A program made the position numbers and the translations under genes. From Eledone cirrhosa (Eukaryota), in assembly GCA_964016885.1 (NCBI GenBank), contig OZ024747.1, positions 55,986,001 to 56,050,000 on the forward strand: a DNA stretch of 64,000 bases, in the 5' to 3' direction. The notes under the pieces were generated by a model. That model worked only from the letters and a program-made list of their open reading frames with translations, was not told the origin of the DNA and searched no databases. The stretch's first letter is position 1. Every line of letters starts with the position of its first letter. This document shows positions 41,637 to 55,174 of this stretch, in pieces.

Positions 41637-41689
41637 ATTTTATTATACATATTTCAGAGGTACAACACTACATCCTCATCAGATAAAAT
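41637..41689 (-). ncRNA. Minimal type I hammerhead, group I-related
   Basis: AUUUUAU CUGAUGA [GGA U GUA gugUUG UAC C UCU] GAA AUAUGUAU A | AUAAAAU. Confidence 0.7.
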
Positions 41690-42239
41690 AAAATGATACA
41701 TGACATACCCTGAGATGTTTAAGATTTAATCAAGGTAATATTAATTGTAGAGTGCTTCCAATCTACTGTAAAACTCATTCTTTGATGTACTCATTGAATC
41801 TTGTTTAACCCTTTAATATATATATAATAAATGTAATCTTGAGTTTTTCAAATATCAATAATAATATTCAATTCGTTTGCAATTATGCAAACAGCCTCTT
41901 TTAAGCCATGTAAGTAGATTGAGCCCCTCATTCTTGCTCTTGTGTTGGCATGTAAACAGAACTGCAGACACTAATATTTCTGGGTGATTACCCTTGATCA
42001 GTGCAGTTTACTGTTCACCTGCCAACTGTCAGAGCTATATATATGGGTTGTTCTATATTCAGATATCATTCTATCCACTATGGTTTTGGGGTTACTGAAA
42101 TAGGTACCAATAAATTACTGGTGTAATACATTCAATCTTTTAAACTTTTCTCAGCTTTCAAAATTTTTTCTGACACATTGTCCAAATATTCTTTTGTCTC
42201 ATCATTCAAAGAGTTTAAACAACTATTGTGGCTATTAGC

Positions 42240-43105
42240 TGTTGTTGTAGTTGGTGCTGTTGTTCTAAGATGGTGTTGTTGAAGTTGTTGTTGATGTAGT
42301 TGTAAGATGGTGTTGTTGCTGTTTTTTGTTAATGGTATTGAGTTTTTTGTTTTTTTTGTACATGTTATCTTTGTTGTTGTCTTTATGGTTATGGTTATCT
42401 TTGTTGTTACCGTTGTTATCTATCGTTACTGTTATTGTTGCTGTTATTGTTGTTGTTATTGTTGTTGTTGCCATTCTTGTTGACATCGTTGCTGTAGTTG
42501 TTGGTGAGAGTGGTGTTGTATTTAATAGTGATGTTGAATTTGTTGTTGTAGAACATGTTCTTTTTGTTGCAATTAGCAATGTTGTTGTTGCAACTGCTGT
42601 AGTAGTAGTAGTAGTTGTTGTTGGTTTAGGTGTTGTTGTGGTTGTTTTTGCCATTATTGGTGTTCTTGTTGCTGTTACTGTTGGTGTCACTGTTGATGTT
42701 GTTGTTTGCCATAGTTGTTATTGGTTTTGTTGTTATTGTTAGTGCTACTGTTTATGTAGTTGTCTTTGCAGTTGTTATTGTTGTTGTTGTTGCTAGAGCT
42801 ATTGTTTATGTAGTTGTCTTTGCAGTTGTTATTGTTGTTGTTGTTGCTAGAGCTACTGTTTATGTAGTTGTCTTTGCAGTTATTATTGTTGATGTTGTTG
42901 TGTTAGTGCTACTGTTTATGTAGTTGTCTTTGCAGTTGTTATTGTTGTTGTTGTTGCTAGAGCTACTTATTATGTAGTTGTCTTTGCAGTTGTTATTGTT
43001 GTTAGTGCTACTGTTGATGTAGTTGTTACTATTGTTGTCATTGTTGACGTTGGTGTTGTTGTTGTTGTGTTATTAACGTTGTTGTTGTTGCTGTTGTTGT
43101 TTTAT
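42240..43105. repeat. (GTT)-rich tract with ~54-bp unit x5-6 (42743-43025)
   Basis: gctactgtttatgtagttgtctttgcagttgttattg repeated. Confidence 0.85.
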
Positions 43106-43515
43106 GATGTTACTTTTTTATTTGTTGTGATTTTAACACTTTTGCAACCACCTCTCATCTACAAATGATAATTTTCATACAATATTTTGTTTTTTCTTTT
43201 ATTTTTTATTTTGCTTATTTTCTTTTCTTATTTTTTTACTCTACTTTCGTCTTCTTAAATAAGAACTTCTTTTAACAACTAACTCAATTACTCTCCATTG
43301 AAGAAGAGCAGAATGGAACAACTTTGGTCAAGTCTATTAGATAAATACCACTGCCAGAAAATGAAATAAATGGTTGGTGGTGCCTCAGCAAAGAGAAAGA
43401 AAACAAAGGAAGGTAAAAAACTATTAGGTACAAAGTAAAGAATACACGAAGAACACAAAGAATAAAAGTAACGCAGAGAATACAAAGGAGAGAGGAATGA
43501 TGAATTATATAATAA

Positions 43516-43548
<33 letters not shown>

Positions 43549-43832
43549 GTCAAAATTTGGTAGAAAACACAAGAGAAGAAAATCACAGAGATAAAATAAA
43601 TGTAGAGAATTGGAGAAAAGAAAATATATATAAGTATATATAAGAATATATAGAGATAATATATATAAATAATGTAAATAAAATGAAAAAAATGAAAAGT
43701 GAAAATATATATTTATAAAATATATGAATGTAATGAAATAGATGGAAAAAATGCTATATATATGTATATATATGTATATGTATATATTTATGTATATATA
43801 TGTGTATATATATATATATATATATTTGTGTG

Positions 43833-43865
<33 letters not shown>

Positions 43866-43884
43866 ATATATATGTGTGTGTGTG

Positions 43885-43925
<41 letters not shown>

Positions 43926-44250
43926 AAGTATCAACATAGATATTGATTGGTGTTGGAAGAAAAGATGGCGGTGGTGTTGATTGACATTGTGGTGGTGATG
44001 GTGGTATTTGTGATGATAAAATTGGGTGTCAAAAGGAGAAAGAGAGAGAGAGAGAATCATAGTGATGATAATAGCAGTACCTACTGTTAGTATTATAATA
44101 GTAGTGCTGGTGGTGGTGGTGGTGGTGGTGGTGGTGGTGGATTTATTCATTGTTGGTGGTAGTGCTGGTGCTGGTGATGGTAGTTTTAGTGGTACTCCCA
44201 GTGATAATGGTTAATGCAGTACTGATGAAATTGGTTTTGTTGGTGATGGT

Positions 44251-44822
44251 AGTGGTGATATTGAGAAGTGGTAATACAATGGTAGTGATAATAGTTAGTG
44301 CAACTTTGGTGCTGGTGTGGGCCAGAGGTGGTGGTGGCAGTAGAGATGTTCATGGTGGGGATTGTGGTGGTGTCGGTGGTGATGGAAGTGGTGACATTGA
44401 GAAGTGGTGATACAATGGTAGTGATAATAGTTAGTGCAACTTTGGTGCTGGTGTGGGCCAGAAGTGGTGGTGGCAGTAGAGATGTTGGTGGTGGTGCTAG
44501 TGATTATGCTAGTGGTGTCGGTGGTGGTAGTGGTGGTGCTGATGGTGGTAGTGGTGACATTGGGAGGTGGTCATACCACAGGAATGATAATAGTTAGTGC
44601 AAATCTGGTTCTGATGTGGGCCAGTGGAGGTGGTGGTGGTGGTGGTGGTGGTGGTGGTGTTGGTGCTGGTGCTACTGCTGGTGGTGGTGCTACTGCTGGT
44701 GGTGGTGGTGACATTGGGAGGTGGGGATACATTGGTAGTGTTAATAGTTAGTACAATTCTGGTTCTGATGTGGGCCAGTGGAGGTGGTGGTGGTGATGGT
44801 GGTGGCAGCGGTGGTGGTGGTG
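44251..44822. repeat. GGT-rich tandem repeat, 4 units of ~135-165 bp
   Basis: aatagttagt(g/a)caa..tgg..ctg.tgtgggccag recurs four times. Confidence 0.85.
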
Positions 44823-45088
44823 ATGAAGATCTATTTGAATATGTAGACATGAGGGTGCAGTGTTTGTGTCTGTAGAAAATGTCTGAGAAAGATATTGTTC
44901 CATGTTTGGTCTGAAGTGATTGGCACCTTGGAAATTGTCCAGACAAATATTTAGATCTTTAATAGGATGTATGATTTTTCAACTATCGTATACAAAAACA
45001 CATTCATGTCCCTCTCTGCCTCCCCACATCTCTCTCTTTATATATATATCAATGTATATATATATATATGAGTGTTTGTGTGTGTTTA

Positions 45089-45122
<34 letters not shown>

Positions 45123-45549
45123 GATAATAGAAAATTGGTGCTAAATGATAAGGATGTTCACATATATATAGAAATATGTATGTATGTTCGTATATATATA
45201 TGCATATACACACACGTATATATATACATATATATATATTGTGTCTGTGTGTCTACATACATACATGTGTGCTATTTCAATTAAAACCAGACACATATTA
45301 AAGGCTCTAATTTAACTTCATTATATATATTTTCTTTACATTGCATTTAAATTCTCTTCTTTCAAACAACCTTCAAATTTAACCCCACTCTTTCTTCTTC
45401 CACACCATGTATCATTATTTTTTTTCAGGATTGTTGTTGTTCTTCTCAGAAGTATTTCCTAAATTTTATATATTTTGTTACCATTTTTAGTTTCCAATTT
45501 ATTTATAGACAAATAGGCAAATTTATAAATATTTGTCTTTTACTCCCTA

Positions 45550-45597
<48 letters not shown>

Positions 45598-45919
45598 GCA
45601 TATGCACATGCACACACACATATATATATATATATACATACAAACGTACATATAAACATACATGTATATATATATAAATATATATATATATATAAATATA
45701 TATATATATATGTGTGTGTGTGTGATTTAAAGACAGCAATTTCATCTCCATGTATTTTTCTTCTACATGTTTATTTTACTGATATTGTTGGTGACATAGT
45801 GGAGAGATAGAGTTGGGTTAGGGACCAGATATTTTGTAATAGCTTTTTAAATTTCAGGATTGTTATTCTTTTGTTGGTGTTATTTTGGTTTTTAACCATC
45901 CTAACCATTGTTGTTATTT

Positions 45920-46275
45920 TTAATTTCATCCTTCTGGGATTGATAAAATAAAGTGCCAGTCCAGTATTAGGGCAATTTAATCAACTTACCCCTCCACACA
46001 AGTATTACTGGCTTTGTGCTTAAAGTAAAAATTATTATTGCAGTGAGGGTGGTGGATTGGCAGTATCAGTACAGCATCAGACACTATGCTTCATAGCATA
46101 GAGTTACAGCCCTTTACATCCTGTTACAGCCCTTTACAACCCGCCTAGGTTAGCTTTGCCTTTCAACCTTATTGCGTTGAAAAATAAATCACCAGTAATG
46201 CACTGGGGTCAATTTAATCGACTTTCGCCTCCCATTTAAATTACTGGCTTTGTGCCTAATGTAAAAATTATTATC
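45920..46275 (+). mobile_element. Two diverged SINE B copies
   Basis: Family body and tail motifs. Confidence 0.7.
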
Positions 46276-46885
46276 ATTATGGTAGGGATTAGGGATGCAA
46301 CATCACTTTGGATAAGGTGCTGAGTTCAATCCCACTGTGTGACAATTTCTGTAAGCATCATATACCATAGGTTCATGTCAACCCAAGACTTGTGAGAGAA
46401 ATTGGGTTGATGGAAAAAGAGTAGAAGCCCAGAAGAAGAACAAGAAAATGTCCAGCCTTGTCACTCATTATGTCTATCAACCTCAACTACTTGGTAGTTC
46501 TTTATACAAATGACATTATCCTCATGATTCACATGTCCACATCTTTTGCACACTACATCTCTATCTTCTTGTATCCAGCTTTTTTCCCCAACTCACCTGT
46601 GCAAAGAAATTCTGGAACTTTTGGAAATATAATATAGAGATTAACAATATATTCCAGATGTATTTCACTGCATCTCCCGCTAGGGAGTAGACTTTCAATA
46701 GCTCCAAATTCTCCTACTATTTTATTTTCTGTATGGAAATATCCATTCTTGTTATGTAGGAATTTGGATGGATTCCAATTCCATATTGCGCTTGGTTTTT
46801 ATGATGTTACCACATCATTTAAATGAATAGGAACACGTATCTTGTTCTAAATGTTGTGCAAAACTTTCACCCTAAGTATATGCAT

Positions 46886-46943
<58 letters not shown>

Positions 46944-47603
46944 GAGGAAACCGTTGCACACGCATTGGTACACTGCTCGGGCGTAGCCGATCTGTGGGGC
47001 TATGTCGAACAACTGCTGTCAAGGGTGGGACCGATCCGGTTGACCACCGAGTCTATTGTAATGATCAAGCCGCCTCCCCCCTTCAAAGATGAAGCAGAGG
47101 CGGTGTTTCTGTGCGTAATAGCCATGGCGAAAGAGGTTGTATGGTGGACGCGTCTGAAAGGACTGAGGTCAGGCACCTTTCTCTCTGGCCAACAACTGGT
47201 CCGTTTCTTCCGATATCATTTCGGAAGAAGGATCAGGATGGAGAGAGAGGTGCTGCACCCCAGCCGTTTCTATGAAAGATGGGTGAAAGTGGCGAGAATG
47301 GCCCGTGTGAATGGGCCTTCACTCTACATCAGACTATAGGTGAGGAAGATGAAAGACCAAGGGAGCACCCCTTCTCTGTGCTCCTGAGGAGAAGGGTTGC
47401 ACACTTTTTTCGGGGGTGTGTGCGACCCCCCAAGGCGCCTCCTCTCTATTGAGGATTTTGTTAAAAATTTTATTTTTTGTTATATCTTATTTTATTTTTA
47501 TATTTTGTTATTGCCTCCTCCTTATTGAGGATGCCTTTTTGTGTAAACTCCCCCCTTTGTACTTGTCCCACTTTTGATGCCCTAGTGGCAAATAAAAGAA
47601 ACA
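46944..47603 (+). mobile_element. Tx1-type LINE 3' fragment
   Basis: Open frame EETVAHALVHC...SLYIRL*, homologous to 19713-20106; (CTAT)14 upstream and (CTAT)n downstream. Confidence 0.9.
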
Positions 47604-47774
47604 TATCTATCTATCTATCTATCTATCTATATATGTGTGTCTGTGAGTGTGTGTATGTGAATGGTTGATGGCTGAGAGAAAGGAGAGTTTTACTTTCTAT
47701 GTACTAGGCATGCACCTTTAATGAGTTGTAGTGCACCTGAGCATTGTTCGCAATAATTTTCATTATTATTATTA

Positions 47775-47930
47775 ATATTCATTTTATTATGGTTGAATAG
47801 TAAGTTTTGTTACTCTGGAGTTTTGGCTGTTTTTCACAAGGTCATCAAACAAAAGTTCTTGACTGATGACCCTGTGAAAAAACAGACAATGTTCCAGAGT
47901 AACAAGACTTATTATTCAGCTTTAATAAAA

Positions 47931-47937
<7 letters not shown>
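47775..47937. repeat. Imperfect palindrome (~75-bp arms)
   Basis: atattcattttatta..ttgttactctgga..ggtcatca / tgatgacc..tccagagtaacaa..taataaaatgaatat. Confidence 0.85.
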
Positions 47938-47977
<40 letters not shown>

Positions 47978-48054
47978 AATAGAAATAACAACACAAGTGG
48001 TACAGTATATGGAAGGAATATATTAGTTTAATGCTTGGAATAGCAGTAAGAAGA

Positions 48055-48090
48055 TCTTAACCTTTCGGATGCTAGTCCTTCATCAGAAGA
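48055..48090 (-). ncRNA. Minimal hammerhead, group II
   Basis: UCUU CUGAUGA a GGA cuagca UCC GAA AGGU U | AAGA. Confidence 0.6.
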
Positions 48091-48591
48091 AAAAAGAAAA
48101 ATTAGAAAGATTGAAGGGACAAGCATGGTGGAATGAGAAAAAAATGTTTTTAGAGAAAAATAACCAGTCCATTCATGTTGCCTTCTCTTGGAAAACTGTT
48201 ATATATATTCTTTTACTTTTTATTTAATTCTTTTCTGGTTAAGTCATGCTGGAGTACTGCTTTAAATACATTTAATAGACATTGCTTTCTCAAATATGGT
48301 ACATATCTTACTCATCTTTATTTTGTCAAACAGTTAGGTACAGGACATAAAAACAAACAAAGGCATAAAGTCAGATATGGACACACATACACATACACCC
48401 ACACATATGTAATGTGCTACTGCAATTTGTCTACCAGATTCTGTTCACAAAGCATTTGTCAATCCTAGACTACAATAGCAGACACCTGTCATGCTGAAGT
48501 TGCTATGCAGTGGGAATAATCCCCAAAACATGTGGTTATGAAGTGAACGCCTTCACCAAACTGCTATACCTGTACAATCATCATCATCATG

Positions 48592-48755
48592 TAACTCTAT
48601 GCTTTGCAGCATAGAGTTACAGCCCTTTAGGGTCTGAGTTCAAATTCTGCCGAGGTTAACATTGCCTTTCATCCTTATGGGGTCGATGAAATAAAGTACC
48701 AGTAATGCACTGGGATAATTGCTGGTCTTGTGCCAAAAGTAGAAACAATTATTAT
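48592..48755 (+). mobile_element. SINE B, 5'-truncated
   Basis: Family match. Confidence 0.8.
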
Positions 48756-49420
48756 CATCATCACCGTTTTATGTTCACATTTTTCCATGCTTGCATGGAA
48801 AAACCCAACGCTTCACTAAAGGATTAAAAAACTACTGCTACACTACCCCCACTAAAATCACTCCTGGCCAAATGCAACCAAATCACCATCACCAACAACA
48901 ACAACAACAATATCAAGCATAGTGACATCATCATCAATAATAGTAACAGCATCATCGATATCAATCACAGCAACATCGACAGCATCATCATCAGTACCAC
49001 CACCAACAACATCATCATTATCAGTAACAACAACAACAACAACAATAGCAGTAATAAATTCAAAACTTGTGCCCCTACAAACTCCTTGCATTACCATAAA
49101 TAATCACAAACATTAGATTACAAAGAAATACGAAAATATTCAAATGAATGTGAAAACTAGACATAACGATATATGTCATATAAAATAAATAATAGTTTGT
49201 AATGTGAAACACATTGGAAATAAATATATGAAAGCAATAACAACAAAAACAATGACAACAACATAACAGCATCTGTAATTTCACCATTATCATCAGCAAT
49301 ATTATTGTTATAGTTCTTGGTGGCATCACCATGAATGATAGTAGCTGCAAATTTGATAGGGGAAGAATAAATTGAAAGGTTGATTCTGGTATGGAGGTCA
49401 TCCTACATCTGTATATATAT

Positions 49421-50287
49421 ATCATCATCATCATCATCATCATCGTTTAACGTCCATATTCCACGCTTGCATGGGTTTGGCCGGGAGTTTTCCCACTTGA
49501 GGCAAGAGTGGTTGTCTTGCTCGCATAGGACTGTCTGGCGGGTTTTCTACAGCTGGATGCCCTTCCTAACACCAACTACATTTACAGGTTTTTACCGTGT
49601 TACCTACACGGCCACATTACAGCGTGGACTGTGTGTCTTTTTGTCGTGATACCTACATGACCTCATTTGTTTCGGGCTGGATGTTGTGACACCAACATAA
49701 CTTTACATTGAAAGGGGTGGTGTGGATGGGGTGGGGTAGTGGGACAGGGGTGTATTTTGTTAGAGGTGTCTACTGACTATAGTAGGTTTCACTTTGTACT
49801 TAGGTAAGGCGGGTCTTCTCTATTACTGTGTAGCGCCAAAGATCTCGGTCCAGTGACATTGTCTTGGAGAGGTGTAAGTGTTAGAGGTTGGAATTTATCA
49901 AGTCGTCCCAGGTTTTTCTGGGTCTGCCTACTCCGTGGCTACCATCTATTTTTATTGCCCTGCACTTTTTTATACAACTGTCGTCTTTCATGCGCATCAC
50001 GTGACCATGCCAACGTAGTCTTCTCTCGAGTAAACAACATCTGATCCCTCTTATTTCTAATTTTTCCCTTAGTTCGTTTATGCTTTGCCGTTCAAGTATA
50101 TTACTATTACACATCCAGCGGAGCATGCAAGCTTCATTCCTCTCCAGTCTGCGTATATCCACTGCACACAATGCCCAGGTCTCACTGCCATGCAACATTG
50201 CTGTTCGTATGCAGGCATCATACAGCCTGCCTTTCATTTTTAGGGAGAACCCTTTAGCGGCTAATAGTGGTATAAGCTCTCTGAACT
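49421..50287 (-). mobile_element. RTE family C, longest copy
   Basis: ORF 49881-50237: KGRLYDAC...MLHGSETW...RRLRWHGHVMRM...GRPRKTW. Confidence 0.9.
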
Positions 50288-50603
50288 ATATATATATCAT
50301 GATCATCATCATCATCATCATCATCATTTAATATTCACTTTCCCTGTTGGCAAAATTTGTATGGGTCTTTATGGATCAAGTCGGTACTCAAGTGGAGCTA
50401 TTGACCTCTAAGGTGAGCCTGGAGCCTGTATAGTGTCCCCCATTCTACCAAGTGCATTCCATTGACACACCAGCACAGTTCTGATTTTTGTGATGCAACT
50501 GAAGAGTCCCTTGACTATAATTTTTTGGGGGGGAAGGGGGGGGGGGGGGGGGGGGGGTTAATGAAGATATATATTAGTATCATGCTCAGTATAGTAGGGA
50601 TAG

Positions 50604-50639
50604 TTTTAACATTTCAGATACTAGTCCTTCGTCAGAATA
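50604..50639 (-). ncRNA. Decayed hammerhead, group II
   Basis: CUGACGA a GGA cuagua UCU GAA AUGU U AAAA. Confidence 0.5.
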
Positions 50640-51038
50640 TAGAATGAGAAATTAAAGAAGAAATAGAAAGATAAAGGAGAGTTAGCAGGGGTGGAAATGA
50701 AAAGAATTTCTACAAGGAAAAACAGGTCTATTCATTTTGCCATGTCTTTGAAAACGTATATATATCAACATGCAGGAGTTTTAATGAAAAATCGATTTAA
50801 CCTAATAACAAATCTTTTGATAATCCAAAGCGGGGAAAGCAGGCTTTGCTACCATCAAATTTTGTACATTTTTTAAAGACCGTATATATATACACACCAG
50901 GTGCACTTATCAAATCATTTTTTTAAAAACATTTTCTTTATATAACGAGATCTGCATAGAACATTTCTAACGTCGTACTTTTTATATATATATATTGAAG
51001 CAGATTTTATATTACATTTTTGATATATATATATATAT

Positions 51039-51154
51039 TTAGAAAGTGAACAACATCTCTCTCTGATGACCGATCCAGACATATGTTAATATTGTCTGGG
51101 ATTCAGAAACCTTTGGTAATGGAGTAGTTATATTTTGTGTTGTTCACTTTCTAA
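51039..51154 (+). other. 17-bp inverted repeat enclosing a hammerhead-like core
   Basis: ttagaaagtgaacaaca / tgttgttcactttctaa; CTGATGA at 51063, CCAGACA/TGTCTGG stem, GAA ACC ttt GGT A. Confidence 0.5.
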
Positions 51155-51219
51155 TTAAATAGCTCTGTTCTATACATAGAGGACTCTTTTTTCCTTTGCT
51201 TTTTCTTTGGAATTACCTA

Positions 51220-51250
<31 letters not shown>

Positions 51251-52019
51251 AATGCTGTAATGAATGTTGACCCACAATATTTGCATATGTATCTGTATGT
51301 CTCTTGGGTGAAAAGGAGGTCATATAACTGTCCATTCATTAATAAATTGCTCCGAAGAATCCAAACCTCGGTTTGGAGGAAACAGTTGTAAGCACAAAAA
51401 TGTTTTGAACAGTTCTTTGATTCTTATATTTCATATATATATATATATATATCATCATCATCATCCTCATCGTTTAACGTCCATCTTCCATGCTAGCATG
51501 GGTTAGACGGTTTTGTTCCATTTGATGCAGGATTGCTCGGGAGACCGTGTTTCACTCATATAGAAGAGTCTCTGGCAGGTTTTCTATGGCTGGATGCCCA
51601 CAAAATATGCATGTAGTAGACTCTGTAGGGTTGTTGGCTTTAGGAAGGACATCCAACCATAGAAACCCTCTCAAATAGGGGACATATAATTGTCTTAATG
51701 ACCAGTTTAGTTTTGGGTTTTAACTAAATATCCAACACATGGCAGCATGAAAAGCAGATTGTAAAATGATTCTGATGAGGATTATCGCACATACACACGC
51801 ACGCACACACACACCGACAGACACACACCCACACACACACACAGACACACACACCCACACAGATATGTATATATGTGTGTGTATATCACATGTCCGGAGG
51901 AGGAGGTGAAATGCTTATTCATATATGAATACCTCTCCTAATACTTACACGTATATCTCATGTCGTTTTATTTTGTGACCCACTAACACTGCTACAATTT
52001 CCTGTACCACCGCTACATG

Positions 52020-53390
52020 GACCACCACCACCTGCATCACCTCAAACTGCCTCATTAATAACACCATCATTACAACCACTACATCCATTAACACTGCTAT
52101 CATCACCTGCATCACCACCACTACCTACACCCCTACCACTACAACCACTACATCCATTAACACTGCTATCATCACCTGCATCACCACCACTACCTACACC
52201 CCTACCACTACAATCACTACATCCACTGCTACCGTCACATGCATCACCACCACTACCTACACCCCTACCACTACAATCACTACATCCACTGCTACCGTCA
52301 CATGCATCACCACCACTACCTACACCCCTACCACTACAATCACTACATCCACTGCTACCGTCACCTGCATCACCCCCCCACCCCAGCCCCACCATCACCA
52401 CCACAGCTATTACATCCATTAATACCACTGCTACCTGTTATTACAACTAGTAACACCAACACCAATAACAACAACAACACCAGCACTACAACATCTTACA
52501 TCACCAGAACCACCACCTGCACCACTGCAACCACTACAACCACTTACACCACCACCACCACCACCGCCGTACCACCACCACCACTACCACCCCCATAATC
52601 ACCACTACAACCACCACTACAACCACTTACACCACCACCACCACCACTACCACCATCACCACCACTATCACCACCTGCACCACGGCAACCACTACAACCA
52701 CCACCACTACAACCACTAATACCTCTGCCATCTGTGCTACTACTACTAACAACACCACTAACATCACCACCACCACCACCACCACCACCACTACTACTTA
52801 CACTACCATCTACACTATTACCTGAACCACCAACACTACTACTACCACAACCACTACCGCTACCACCACCTGCACAATTACCTGCAACACCACCACTACT
52901 GCTACTACCACCACCACTACTTAAACCACCGCCACCACCACCTCCATCACCACTACCACCACCTCCACCACTACCACCATCTCCTCCACTACCACCACCT
53001 CCACGACTACCGCTACCACCACCTGCACAATTACCTGCAACACCACCACTACTGCTACCACCACCACCACCACTACTTAAACCACCGCTACCACCACCTC
53101 CATCACCACTACCACCACCTCCACCACTACGACCACCTCCTCCATCACCACTACCACCACCTCCTCCATCACCACTACCACCACCTGCTCCACTACCACC
53201 ACCTCCACCACTACCACTACCACTACCGCCACCTGCACAATTACCTGCAACACCACCACTACTGCTACTACCACCACCACCTGCTCCATCACCACTACCA
53301 CCACCTCCACCACCTCCACCACTACCACCACCTCCACCACTACCACCACCTCCACCACTACTTACACTACCACCTACACTACTGTCTCAT
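52020..53390. repeat. (CAC/TAC)-rich tract with 60-69-bp units
   Basis: Direct reading; source of the poly-P ORFs. Confidence 0.9.
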
Positions 53391-53474
53391 ACATCAACCA
53401 AGTTTCTGATTCAACTATATTATTAGGTTCAATCACAGATAAGAATAAAAAGTAAATACAACTAAGCACACACT

Positions 53475-54092
53475 TCTGCACATACACACACACATACATA
53501 GACATACACACACATATATATATACACACACATACACATACACACAATAATATTAGTGTTCAGCCACGCACACACACATAGACATACACACACACACACA
53601 TATATATATATACACACACATATATATATATATACACACACACATACAAACATGCAAAAACATTTGTATTAGTAGTGTGCAGTCACAGACACATATATTC
53701 ATATAATCATACTGACTCTCTCACACACCCACACACACACATACACACACATACATAGACATATACACACATATACATACATACACCCACACATATATAT
53801 ATACACATTAACACATATTCATATTAACATGCAGCCATAAACACATATATTCATATAATTATAGCAACTCTCACAACATAGACACATACACACATAGACA
53901 CACACATACACACAAATCCACACACTCACACATACACACAAATCCACACACTCACACATAGACATACATACACATATTCACACACACATACACACCATTC
54001 ACACAACATACACATTCACACACATACAGCCACACTCACACACATACACACACTCACACATAGACCTACTCACACATACATATATATACACT
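53475..54092. repeat. (CA)/(TACA) tract
   Basis: Direct reading. Confidence 0.85.
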
Positions 54093-55042
54093 CAGGTGAT
54101 CACTAAACTACAAAAATAAATAAACACATGAATACGTAAATAGCTGAGTATAAAAGAATAAATGAATAAATTCGAAAAGAAATAAAGAATGAAATGAAAC
54201 TAAGAAAACAGAAAATAATATAAAATAAAATCTAAATAAATTATTCATACAAAACATCAATATCAAAAAGGTAAAACATTTTAAAAGGACGAAACATAAA
54301 CAAAAATAACAGATAATAATAAAAAAGAAAATAAACAAAAATAAAATATAGTGAAAAAGAAAGAAAAATAAACAAAAAAAAACAGTGTAGAAAAATAAAA
54401 TTAAACAAAAATAAAATATAGTGAATAAAAATAAAAATAAATAAAAATAAAATATAGTGAAAAAGAAAGAAAAATAAACAAAAATAAACAAAAGAAAACA
54501 TTATGAAGAAAAATAAACAAAATAACAGTGAAAAAGGAAAAGAAACAAACAAAAAATCAGTGAAAAACAAGAAAAAACAAAAAAATCATAGTAACACAAA
54601 AAAAAAAAGATGAAAACAAAAAAAAATAGATGAAAACAAAAAAAAATAGATGAAAACAAAAAAAAATAGAAGAAGCAAGTGCATGATGATGATTGGGTGA
54701 AAAAATATTTGCTGTGATGTTTGGTAAGAGAGAATTGGCTTGTTACATGAAACACTGGTGTAATAGAGAGAAGGGTTAGGGGGGAGATGATGCCTTTTAA
54801 TCTTTTTAAATTCTACAACTTAATTCCAGAGCTGCCAACAAAATGGTACTGTCATTTCAACATCTGTTATTATTGTATAGATGATTCTATCTTGAATCCC
54901 CATTTACTATGCTTTGTTGCCAATTCTTTGTAATGGAAATATTTAGGAATATATATGAGTTAAACACACACGCACACACAGCCCTACACACACATATACA
55001 TACATACATACACACACATACTCACACACACATACACACACG

Positions 55043-55074
<32 letters not shown>

Positions 55075-55140
55075 TTGTTTGAATTTTGATTTTTGTCAAG
55101 ATATCTCTCTCTTTATCTCTCTCTCTCTTTCTCTCTCTCT

Positions 55141-55174
<34 letters not shown>

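Noticed and set aside
43292-43383. Possible minus-strand exon (pyrimidine tract, GAG acceptor, GTAATT donor)
   Set aside because: Weak splice signals and no recognisable peptide; needs RNA-seq.
50526-50557. G-run as a functional G-quadruplex
   Set aside because: Homopolymer of uncertain length with no supporting context.
52734-53426. Extensin- or formin-like proline-rich protein
   Set aside because: Pure CCA/CTA repeat with no flanking domain or splice evidence.
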